A stretch of 63,213 nt of DNA, filler included, from Stramenopiles sp. TOSAG23-2 (taxonomy: Eukaryota): NCBI GenBank assembly GCA_900128395.1. It is 6 parts of 6 records of this genome, joined end to end, with 100 filler letters (N's around TTAATTAATTAA, not from the genome) between each part and the next. Parts side by side here need not be neighbours in the genome. Positions count along the whole stretch, not along the records: positions 1 to 28,198 come from LT649405.1; 5 more parts are not named here. The stretch is one strand, 5' to 3'. The notes beneath the pieces are model-generated. The model saw only the letters and a program-made list of their open reading frames with translations. It was not told where the DNA came from and searched no databases. Positions 10,092 to 19,683 of the stretch are shown here, one piece after another. Both the position numbers and the translations under genes were made by a program. The stretch's first letter is position 1; every line of letters starts with the position of its first letter.

Positions 10092-13000
10092 ATGAATAAT
10101 TTACCAACAACAACGATCCCACAATTGCCAACAGATTTTCCATTATCTGAATTATATGATGTATTGGAAAAAGTGAATATTATGATTCCAAATGGTAAAG
10201 GCCATTCGGTTGTGTTAAATCCACGTGCACAGGAAATACAATTTATGATAACATCCATTAATGTTATTTTAATCGATAATAATTACGTTTGTTTAGCAAA
10301 TTTTACCTACGATGAAGAAAAAGTATTGTTAGAAATACCAAATAGTGGATTTTGGTGTTCCTTTAAACGTGTTGTGGATGTCCTGTTGTGCCAAGAAACA
10401 GCTGAAAGAACTTTGAAGAAGCTTGCGGACATGGGATATGAAGGTTTTCATCCTGCATATTTTAATCGTGGTGCGAATAATAATCGTAAATTAAGAAGAC
10501 CAGCAAGTGTTCCAGTTGCTGCTTCACAAGTTCCACCTCCACGAGGTCCACAACAACTACCAATGGCACCAAATTTACCACCACAAGGTCCAAGAGGTGG
10601 TCCACGAGGTGGTCCACCTAATGATGATGACGACGATAAACAAAAAGAAGGAGATATTAACCCTGACTTGGTTTTTAAAACACGCAAACAAAAAAAAACA
10701 AATAACAAGAATACGGAAGAAGATAAAGGACATCAATATAAAAAGGAACAACAACAACGACACCAACAGCAACGACATATAAAAAAAACGGAGCCCAAGC
10801 AACAACCATGGGGTATGCAAACGAAAAAATCACCATGGGGACAACAACAAACAACGACTAAAAGCGAAAAACCTGTAAAACCATGGGGACTGCAAATGAA
10901 TGAATCTGTAAAACCATGGAGTGGAAAGAAATCAACCTCAACACCATGGGGACAAACAGCGACAGCTTCTAGTAAAAGTACATGGGGTACAACATTAAGA
11001 AAATCAGATGAAGAATATACTACGACCAAAAATATAAATAAAACAAAGACGCAAATGAAGGATATTTATTATGAAGGGACTAGTAGTGATGATTATGACG
11101 ATTATTTCTCGGAAGAAAACGATATCAATAATGGCGAAGAAAGTGAAAAGTTGCAGAGGGAAGAAAAAAATGATTTTCGTAATTCCATTTCTAACCCTCC
11201 TAACAACATAACCAAGAAAAAGAAAAAGAAAAAGAAAAAGAAAAAAGAGGACAAGACCCCAGTAATACTACAAAGTTACGAACCTATAATCAAACCGTCT
11301 GTAACAACAGCAACCACATTATCGTCGCATGGCGACAATGAAAGGAAAGAAAATCGTAAAGATTCGTTGCAAGATTCAAATGTGAGTCTGATCCAAAACG
11401 ACGCTGATATAGAGAAATCAGGTAACAATGATGACTTGATTCCAGAGGAAGGTAAAGTACGTCTTGGGACAGATATTTATGATGGTGCAAAAGCAATTAA
11501 AAAAATGTTGGCACATATGAGTGAAAAATATGATGAGATATTTAAACGTGATCGTACAAAAGAAGTTATTCCACTTGAACCAAATGATAAACAAGTCATA
11601 ATTGATTGTTTAAAATTTGATCCATCTGTTGACAATACCAAGATTCGTAACATTATGTATGGTAGATTTCCTAGTTTTCAATATGTTCAAATTAAATCGC
11701 GTCAAGGGAAAGCGAGAAAAGAAATATGGAAAAGACAAGATCGTGAAGAATCGTTTAAATATTTGCAATTTCCACTCAAATTTGGAAACTACAAGTCGAA
11801 AGTATGGGAGTTCATAAACGTTGATGACTTTAAAAACTATATTTACAATGAAAGGCGAATGGAAAATTGGCATTATAGGAAAGGAAAAGATGATGATAAG
11901 TTTTTGCAACATTGGTTTGTGACTTGGCAAAAATTAAAACGCACGGCATTGAAAATCCAACGCTGGTTCAGAAATTGCAAAAAGTATGATTTTTGGGGAA
12001 AAGAATTTACTGTAAGTCTTCAAGGCGATGCAAATAAAAAAAGAATTCATTTCATTCGCAAAGTAACAATATACAAAATTCCTCAGATATTGTATGAAGA
12101 GTATGATGCTGCAGGTAATAATTATGAATTGAAGCAATTTAAGAAGTCAAATGCAGTGCCAAATATGGATTTACTAAATCCAGGCATTCCAGGAGTGCAA
12201 CACAATATGCCGAAGCGAGAATATGACACGATATCACCATCCATGGTGGTACATCAACGGCATAAAAGAATTACTACATCGATTATTGATGAATTTGTAA
12301 GGCGTGATGTAAATTACAGAAAGTTCATTAATCACGTAAAAAATCGATCGGGAATTTATTTAAATGAAGCTGATCAAACGGATTTAATTAAACGCGGAGT
12401 GAAAGACGTAGACTTGGATACCTTTCAAAAAGAAGTCTTACTATTTACGATCAAAAGCAATCATGTAGGTATCGATCCGAATCTTGCTGTCACGTTGCCT
12501 GGTCTTACGAAGAGAAAGAAGTTAAATGAATTCCACAGTGAGCCTGGTTTATTTATTCCTGCAAAAACACCAGATAATAAAATTATTGGTGCGCAAATAA
12601 AGATATATAAGAACTCGGGGTGGAGAGAGCATACGTCAAAAAAATCTGAGATCGATAAAAAGTATGTTTGGTGGGGAAATAGCCTTTCCAATTCTGAACA
12701 ATGCGAATCTTACAATATTATCATGCGCGATTGCAAAGGTGTTGGACGTGTTGAAGATCCATTATTTTGCTGGCGAAATTTTGATCAACCTGCAAGCGAC
12801 GTAAAGACCATTGCGCTTTGTGAAGGCGCTTTGAAACCTGCGTTGGCATATTATTTTGCTAAAGATCGCGACTTTCGTTTTTTTGACAACCCGTCGAACA
12901 ATGATGATGATGATGATAATAAAAACGATGATATGGAGCGAAATGATATTCTTGGAGATACTACTTATAAACCGATTGATGCATGGGTTGGTGTAGTAGG

Positions 13001-16000
13001 TGGTGCATTCGAACACAATCGCGTTATGTTAAAATCGTATTTAAATCACTTTCCAAACTTGCAAAATGTAGTCATTGTTCCAGATGCAAATGCCGTCATG
13101 TTGGATGTGAAAATGTCACAGGGTGGTGTTTTAATTAATTTAGTAAAAGAAATTTTAAAAACTCGAAATGTATTGTGCCAAGACATGGAGATGACAGAAG
13201 ATTCGATTTTAGTGGCAACATGGCCGGAACAAAAGAGTCAGGATGAAAATGTGGAAGCGTTAGATATTGATGATTTATTAATGGTTCCAAGAAATATTAA
13301 CAAAATATCCATTATACCATGGAAACAATTTATTGAAGATGTCCATAATCTCGCTGATAAAAACGTCTCAAAAGAAGCGATTGCAGAATATGTGAAGGAA
13401 ACATACGCTAGTCGCCCAAGAGGTCAAAATCATGGCTCTACAATAATTGTCCCAGGAGACGATCTCATTGCATTACCTGAAAGCTCAAGGTTGAAAAAGA
13501 ATACAACAAATAGCAGCGATGCAATGCTTACGAATAATATTGGAAAAAAAGAGGACAAGAATGATCGTAAAAGTTTAGATCAAATGAAAGTCAGTAAAAC
13601 AACTTCATCGATATTACCTTCAAATGTTGTTTCTGTCAAGCCATCATTATCAAAAGTATCGAATATAGCAAATAAAATCGACTTGGGCAATAAATGTTTC
13701 TACACAATTGATGGTATAAATCAATATCGCTTTTCTTTATGCAAGAAATATGAAGTTGAATACAACACGGCATTCGGTCCACCAGAACAACAACATAATA
13801 CAATGAAAGATCAAATGTATGTTGACATCAAAGAACAAAACTTTTGGATTGATTGTTTGCGTTATCACGATGATTCGGTGAAAAAGTTGGAAAATTTAAA
13901 GAAAGTAATCTATGGATACGGAAATAAAAAAGGCGATGGTGCAACGTTGGAGCATTTTGCATCGGTCTTATTACTAAAAGAAGATGAAAAAGGCAATATT
14001 AGTAAAATTACATTTAGTATGAAAAAAATTATGAAAAAGCTAGGAAAAATTCTGAATAAAAATTTGAACTTGCAACCTGCAAAAGTAAAAAAGAAAAGTC
14101 AACCAGACAAAAATGTTAAATGTACTCCATCAAAAGCTCCATCACCAAAGGCCATTGAAAAAAACAGTGATTATGCTAAATATACTTCTGATACGCCAAC
14201 ACAGATGGATGAAAAGAAAACGACGAAAACACCTGGAATAAAAATGTACCGCTATTTGGTTGAAGTCTCGAAAACGTATCGAGGAGAGAAGATTCCATTT
14301 CAACAGCAAAATTGGCATTATGTTACATCAAAACCAGCCCTTCTTATTAAGAATCCATGTACCTGGGATACAACAGTATCGCAGTTGACAGACCGGGGTA
14401 CATATGAAGAAAAAAGAGGCCAGTACGACATTGAGGAAAATCAGAGGTACGATCGAAAGTTGGTACATAAAGTAGAAATTCTTAACGACGGGAAACCTTA
14501 TGAAATTCCATGGGATGATGACAATATAAGAAAACAAATTGTACATGCAGATTTGCTATTTTCAAAAGATTCAAAAGACTTCAGTAAATCTGCTACAGAA
14601 TCGAATTGGGTGTATTACATGCCGGATCTTTACAACGATGGTAACGATAATGAGAGTTTTCTTTGTTCCTTGAATAAATTACTTTCCAGTGATATTCATA
14701 AGGTATTTGATGGATTGAATGAAGAAACTGGTAAATTCAAAATTAATTCAAAGGTCTACAGCTCCATTCTTTTCTATAATCCTACATGCAATTTAATTGG
14801 TATTTGCAATCCAAGAGACAAATCGGAATATAAATCATTAAGAAGTCAGTGCTACCGAAAAGGCAAAAACTCAATTAGCTATAAAACTCATTATAGCAAG
14901 AAAGGATATAAGTTAATACATGAAAAACAGATGTTTCTACCTTTGCGTGGATTTCCAAAGACAAACGAAAAGATAGATATGATACCAGCAGAACTATTGT
15001 ACTTTCATTCCAAATTGACTACAAATCATTTTAAAACGTTGGATTTGTTGAAGAAATGGCATAAAGATGTTTTGCTTGGTGGTGAATTTTTACGAGTTGA
15101 AGGCAGATGGAAAAAAAAATTAACTGCTTCATTAAGTTCAAGTGGATTTGATTTTAAGTTGAAAGATGAGCGGTTGAATAAAGAAGTCAACATACACAAA
15201 TCATTTAGAGCTTCTCGTTATCCCGCAATGGATGACAATGGAAAAGATTTTTTAAATTATGAACGGTTGGAAACGCTTGGCGATGCTATTTTAGGATATT
15301 GCCTTGCAAGCCTTTTAACGTATACCTTTAAAAGTAACACTGCCTATGTTTGTTTCGTTCTACAAGCATTGTCTAGAAACAAAATATTGGCTGCGATCAA
15401 TCGGAAATTCAATATGTATTCCTTTTTGCAACATGTGGATTTGCCAAAAGATATAAATTCTCCTGGATTAAAAGATAAAATTTTAGCTGATCACGTTGAA
15501 GCATGGATTGGAGGGAAATATTTAGATACAGATATATCAGAAACACGTGCATGTATAGCTCATATGTTTTCTATCTGTACAGCAGAAGATTTATTTGAAT
15601 GCCTTGAAGATATGGAAACGGTGGAAAATACGATTTCATTTTCAACGGAGATGCGCAATTATATTGTCGATGTCGTGCATAGTTGGTCAAATCCGCGAAG
15701 TAGATTTGACAGTATTGCCCTTCAAAAGAAATTCGATATGAAACATCAACAATGGCTCTCCGAGTTACTTACAACAAGCAAATTAAAGCCACGAAACAAA
15801 GCAATGCAAATTGACGAGCATGACAATACCATTTTTAAGCAACACATCAAAAGATTGTCGAAATATTTGCCAGAACAAATAAACGTAAACACAGCATATT
15901 TAGCTATTTGCGACAACTTAATATCTCGCAAATTATCTCATGTTTTGAATATGTGGGGAAATCAACTTTTAAAACTTGTCGCAGTCGAATTTGCATTTAA

Positions 16001-16577
16001 TAAGAAATATGAATATATTGATTATCCTGACAAATATTATAAAAAACTCAATCCTGGCGATATTCATGGTTTTAAAAAGTTGTTCAGTTTTACTAAATAT
16101 CAAGATTCATGTGCACGATATGTATTTGAAGGGAGATTATTACGTAACATCCAAAAGATTACGGATGGTATAAAGGATACTGCAAATGATTTGCAAAATG
16201 AGGATCAAGTAAATGAGCGACATAGGCAAGCTGATTCCTTATTGAGAAAGAAATTTTATGTATTTGGTGCCTTTCTTGATGTATTTGATAGTAAAAATGT
16301 CAGTGGTAAATGTTCCAAGCTGTTTTTTAAAGACATTGTTATTGAAAGAATATTAAATGACTATGAATATTTAAGGACTGATTTTAGTCCTAGCAATCAA
16401 AGGAAAGTTTACAATGATGTTATGAAAAAAAGTTACCCTGGAAACAAACGAGTCATTGATCTAGAAGTTGATAGATTGAATAATTTGAATTTAGCTGATA
16501 TTTTTTCACATACTAATAATGATGATGGTAATAACAGTGATATTGTTGGAATAAAAAGAGAAGAGAAACTTGCGTAA
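10092..16577 (+). CDS. Atypical Dicer-like protein: WG repeats - IQ-like motif - TOPRIM-like domain - PAZ - RNase IIIa - degenerate RNase IIIb
   Basis: RNase III signature NYERLETLGDAIL (15255-15293) and KILADHVEAWIG (~15477-15512); PAZ-like SYKTHYSKKGYKLIHEKQMFL and DMIPAELLYFH (~14700-15010); second RNase III-like block SHVLNMWGNQLLKL..LNPGDIH (~15900-16290); TOPRIM-like region 12300-13280; no DExD/H motifs. First ATG at 10092. Confidence 0.85.
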   Translation: MNNLPTTTIPQLPTDFPLSELYDVLEKVNIMIPNGKGHSVVLNPRAQEIQFMITSINVILIDNNYVCLANFTYDEEKVLLEIPNSGFWCSFKRVVDVLLCQETAERTLKKLADMGYEGFHPAYFNRGANNNRKLRRPASVPVAASQVPPPRGPQQLPMAPNLPPQGPRGGPRGGPPNDDDDDKQKEGDINPDLVFKTRKQKKTNNKNTEEDKGHQYKKEQQQRHQQQRHIKKTEPKQQPWGMQTKKSPWGQQQTTTKSEKPVKPWGLQMNESVKPWSGKKSTSTPWGQTATASSKSTWGTTLRKSDEEYTTTKNINKTKTQMKDIYYEGTSSDDYDDYFSEENDINNGEESEKLQREEKNDFRNSISNPPNNITKKKKKKKKKKKEDKTPVILQSYEPIIKPSVTTATTLSSHGDNERKENRKDSLQDSNVSLIQNDADIEKSGNNDDLIPEEGKVRLGTDIYDGAKAIKKMLAHMSEKYDEIFKRDRTKEVIPLEPNDKQVIIDCLKFDPSVDNTKIRNIMYGRFPSFQYVQIKSRQGKARKEIWKRQDREESFKYLQFPLKFGNYKSKVWEFINVDDFKNYIYNERRMENWHYRKGKDDDKFLQHWFVTWQKLKRTALKIQRWFRNCKKYDFWGKEFTVSLQGDANKKRIHFIRKVTIYKIPQILYEEYDAAGNNYELKQFKKSNAVPNMDLLNPGIPGVQHNMPKREYDTISPSMVVHQRHKRITTSIIDEFVRRDVNYRKFINHVKNRSGIYLNEADQTDLIKRGVKDVDLDTFQKEVLLFTIKSNHVGIDPNLAVTLPGLTKRKKLNEFHSEPGLFIPAKTPDNKIIGAQIKIYKNSGWREHTSKKSEIDKKYVWWGNSLSNSEQCESYNIIMRDCKGVGRVEDPLFCWRNFDQPASDVKTIALCEGALKPALAYYFAKDRDFRFFDNPSNNDDDDDNKNDDMERNDILGDTTYKPIDAWVGVVGGAFEHNRVMLKSYLNHFPNLQNVVIVPDANAVMLDVKMSQGGVLINLVKEILKTRNVLCQDMEMTEDSILVATWPEQKSQDENVEALDIDDLLMVPRNINKISIIPWKQFIEDVHNLADKNVSKEAIAEYVKETYASRPRGQNHGSTIIVPGDDLIALPESSRLKKNTTNSSDAMLTNNIGKKEDKNDRKSLDQMKVSKTTSSILPSNVVSVKPSLSKVSNIANKIDLGNKCFYTIDGINQYRFSLCKKYEVEYNTAFGPPEQQHNTMKDQMYVDIKEQNFWIDCLRYHDDSVKKLENLKKVIYGYGNKKGDGATLEHFASVLLLKEDEKGNISKITFSMKKIMKKLGKILNKNLNLQPAKVKKKSQPDKNVKCTPSKAPSPKAIEKNSDYAKYTSDTPTQMDEKKTTKTPGIKMYRYLVEVSKTYRGEKIPFQQQNWHYVTSKPALLIKNPCTWDTTVSQLTDRGTYEEKRGQYDIEENQRYDRKLVHKVEILNDGKPYEIPWDDDNIRKQIVHADLLFSKDSKDFSKSATESNWVYYMPDLYNDGNDNESFLCSLNKLLSSDIHKVFDGLNEETGKFKINSKVYSSILFYNPTCNLIGICNPRDKSEYKSLRSQCYRKGKNSISYKTHYSKKGYKLIHEKQMFLPLRGFPKTNEKIDMIPAELLYFHSKLTTNHFKTLDLLKKWHKDVLLGGEFLRVEGRWKKKLTASLSSSGFDFKLKDERLNKEVNIHKSFRASRYPAMDDNGKDFLNYERLETLGDAILGYCLASLLTYTFKSNTAYVCFVLQALSRNKILAAINRKFNMYSFLQHVDLPKDINSPGLKDKILADHVEAWIGGKYLDTDISETRACIAHMFSICTAEDLFECLEDMETVENTISFSTEMRNYIVDVVHSWSNPRSRFDSIALQKKFDMKHQQWLSELLTTSKLKPRNKAMQIDEHDNTIFKQHIKRLSKYLPEQINVNTAYLAICDNLISRKLSHVLNMWGNQLLKLVAVEFAFNKKYEYIDYPDKYYKKLNPGDIHGFKKLFSFTKYQDSCARYVFEGRLLRNIQKITDGIKDTANDLQNEDQVNERHRQADSLLRKKFYVFGAFLDVFDSKNVSGKCSKLFFKDIVIERILNDYEYLRTDFSPSNQRKVYNDVMKKSYPGNKRVIDLEVDRLNNLNLADIFSHTNNDDGNNSDIVGIKREEKLA

Positions 16578-16712
16578 AAAACTCTTATATATAAAATATT
16601 TTAGTATTAAACTTTAATTATAAAAATACGAATATTAAAAATGCATTCCATGTGTGTGATATTGTTTTACAAGCGCGCGCACACACATACACATAAACAA
16701 AACACCTTTCTC

Positions 16713-18299
16713 TCATATTCGCATAAATTCAATTGTTGTAGATTCTTCTTCAACCTCGTCATTGTCATTAAAAATGGGTTGGTAACCATCTACTTCATTA
16801 TCATTCAATAAACGACGTTTATCTTGATTTGCTCGTTCAACAACGATTTTCGCAGCTTTCTGCCAATCCAAAAAGCAACCAAGAAATATACCAACTATCA
16901 AAATCCGTATAGACATATTAATAGGGGATAAACTAAATATCCATGACATACGTGCTACTAAAAAAACATCCCCATCTCCATATATTGTATTTGTCAATCC
17001 AATACAAATTATCAAAGGCACACCAATCAAATAATTACTGATTTTACTGACATTGGCAAAAATTCCACGACCAATAGGAATCAATATACATGATAAATTA
17101 ATAACAGTTATACGTACTTGGGTATGTATACACAATATCCAAATAAATGAGGAGAAATATTCTTGTACAACTTTTTCATTTGATACTAATTGAGACAATG
17201 GCACCCTAAAGCTAAATAATAATACATTGCCAAGAAAAACGCAAGATGCACTCAATATCATATTCAACTTTAAACTTTTCACAGCGCTGATGTGATCACC
17301 TTTCCCTAATAAATTCAATACCCTCATCTTTGCTGCATTGATCCATCCTGATTGAATCGCTGCCATTGTACTTTCCGTTTGTACCCAAATAGCCCCAGCA
17401 GCCAATGCAGCTTTATTGATCTCTTTGATGCGTGTAATAAATACAAGCTGCAATTCAAAGATGAACCATCCCATGAAATTACTTATGATTTGCGGAACTC
17501 CCAAATCCAAAAACGATTTAAATTCTTTTTTAGATAAAATAAATTCGTTTGAATTTTTATCATGCTTCAAAATTTTATCATATAAATTGTAATACCAAGT
17601 GGCAACTAACCATACGCATACTCTTGATGTTTTAACTACAATTTGCGCATATGCAGCGCCTGTCATCCCATACTCCAATTTATAGATGAACAAATAGGTA
17701 CAGCCTATATCAATTACCATCCCGGTGAACAGTGAATTACACGCCGCCAAGTTGGCATATTCCAAATTAATAAATATAGTTTCAAGATGTGCTTCAAGCA
17801 ATAATAACCATGATGAAATTATCATCAATCTTGTATAAATATCTATTTCATTTGTAATTTCACGATTGACACCAAATGAATGCAATATATCACCACTGAA
17901 AAATTGAAGTACAAAAAAAGGAATGATAAATATTGTGCAATAGAGCATACTACGATAAAAATATGAAGGGATTCTATCTTTTCGGTTTGCACCAACTGCT
18001 GCTGGTATCACACTATTGAAATAACTGGTAACACCAAACATTGTCATTAAAACTGTACAATTATAAAAGACTCTACCATATCCATATGCAGATTGTAATA
18101 GTTCTGAGTTATGTGTATGCCCAGCAAAAATCATGGAAGCCCATGGTGGTAAACCCCACTCCAACGTTGATGATAAACCAAGTGGTATCCCTTTTCTGAA
18201 AAAAAATGAGACATCATTATGAAACGAATATGGTAATATTTCTTCTTCGTCTTCTACATCTTCATCTAATAATCTTTCATCAATGTTTCGTTCGTCCAT
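16713..18299 (-). CDS. MATE family transporter
   Basis: About 12 TM segments; FAGH..LQSAYGYG, AAVGA, LEYGMTGAAYA, RVLNLLGKGD motifs typical of eukaryotic MATEs. Confidence 0.9.
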   Translation of the reverse strand: MDERNIDERLLDEDVEDEEEILPYSFHNDVSFFFRKGIPLGLSSTLEWGLPPWASMIFAGHTHNSELLQSAYGYGRVFYNCTVLMTMFGVTSYFNSVIPAAVGANRKDRIPSYFYRSMLYCTIFIIPFFVLQFFSGDILHSFGVNREITNEIDIYTRLMIISSWLLLLEAHLETIFINLEYANLAACNSLFTGMVIDIGCTYLFIYKLEYGMTGAAYAQIVVKTSRVCVWLVATWYYNLYDKILKHDKNSNEFILSKKEFKSFLDLGVPQIISNFMGWFIFELQLVFITRIKEINKAALAAGAIWVQTESTMAAIQSGWINAAKMRVLNLLGKGDHISAVKSLKLNMILSASCVFLGNVLLFSFRVPLSQLVSNEKVVQEYFSSFIWILCIHTQVRITVINLSCILIPIGRGIFANVSKISNYLIGVPLIICIGLTNTIYGDGDVFLVARMSWIFSLSPINMSIRILIVGIFLGCFLDWQKAAKIVVERANQDKRRLLNDNEVDGYQPIFNDNDEVEEESTTIEFMRI

Positions 18300-19046
18300 T
18301 ATTTTATTTGTTCCTTCTCCAATTATTCAGGCAGAAGAAAATATATCATAAAAGAGCTGAATTACTACCTCCTTATTATTTTTATAAATATAAATTTTTT
18401 TAATAAATCTAAAAAGAGAAATATTTAATTATTGAAGATGAATAAATATATGTATATTATATGGAAGATATTAAAAGCATCTTCACATCTATAATAACTT
18501 TTCATTAAAATGTTTCATTATTCTATTTGTTGTTCCTTATACACACAACTTAATTAATAGTCTAGATTAAGATGTCGTGCTATAATATACTAGGCCTCGT
18601 ATCCATCAAGCCCTGTACAGTACAGTAAGGCAAGTGTTTGTCTTCTTTTTTTTTTTTCGTCGAATTGTGCGAATTTTTTCCTGTCCCCGCGTCTCTGATT
18701 TCCAGATTTCTGATTTCCATTTCTATTACCTATCAAATGACACATAAATTATACTTGAAGTGGAAATTAGAATATCAAACTATTCTGATTTTTGTGATTT
18801 GCGCAGCATTTTTTTGTTTTTTTGGGATTTTGTTGTTTTGCAACTTTTGACTTTTTTGCACTTTATATTTACCCAAAAGATACTTTAACTTTATGCATGC
18901 ATGCACAAGTATATCATCTGAACTAACAGTATATAATATTATATAAATATACATTTTTGATGAAGAGAAATAATTAGAAGAAATGTAATACTACTAGTGG
19001 TAAATATCTATAGAGAATATATAAATATATACACATACATACCAAC

Positions 19047-19580
19047 ATGGGGCAAGCACTTTCATACATATTTTATGCACATGGTATATTATCCATTGGT
19101 AAATTATATATCGAAGGGGATAGATATGATGAATATGATGACTATCCTATTGATAAGTTTCGTTCATTAATAGGTGTCACAGTTGGTTGGACGCTATTGC
19201 ATTATTCATTTTTATTTCGAGAGAGTGCTACTGCATTTTCTGTTCTTGCACAATTAAGAAAAGCTGGAGAAAAAATTGGAATCAATGCAATTAAATATGG
19301 CAGTGCAGGCGGAAATGTTATGTTAAATGCTGTACGAACTAGTGGAAATATGGTGGAACAATCACCAGCGTTCTTGATATTATTATGGCTACATGGAATC
19401 TTTATTTCACCCTCAAGTGCATCTTGGCATGGTTGGCTGTGGTTATTTTTTAGATCCATTTATCCTCAAGTATTTGGCACAATTCCATATATCTTTTTTA
19501 GCACATTTCCTGGTTATTTTATTATTGCAAGTTTAACATGGCCATTAGCAAGGTTAACATATAAAACTGATTCAGATTAA
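19047..19580 (+). CDS. MAPEG family membrane protein
   Basis: RTSGNMVEQ (R-x3-N-x2-E) and GWLWLFFRSIYP, with four TM helices. Confidence 0.8.
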   Translation: MGQALSYIFYAHGILSIGKLYIEGDRYDEYDDYPIDKFRSLIGVTVGWTLLHYSFLFRESATAFSVLAQLRKAGEKIGINAIKYGSAGGNVMLNAVRTSGNMVEQSPAFLILLWLHGIFISPSSASWHGWLWLFFRSIYPQVFGTIPYIFFSTFPGYFIIASLTWPLARLTYKTDSD

Positions 19581-19683
19581 AATACATTTTAATAAATTAA
19601 ATACACTGTGGGTGTTATAAATTTTTTTTATTATAAATATTAATATATCTCTCAGTATATCATATTCGTATCAGATATCATCA

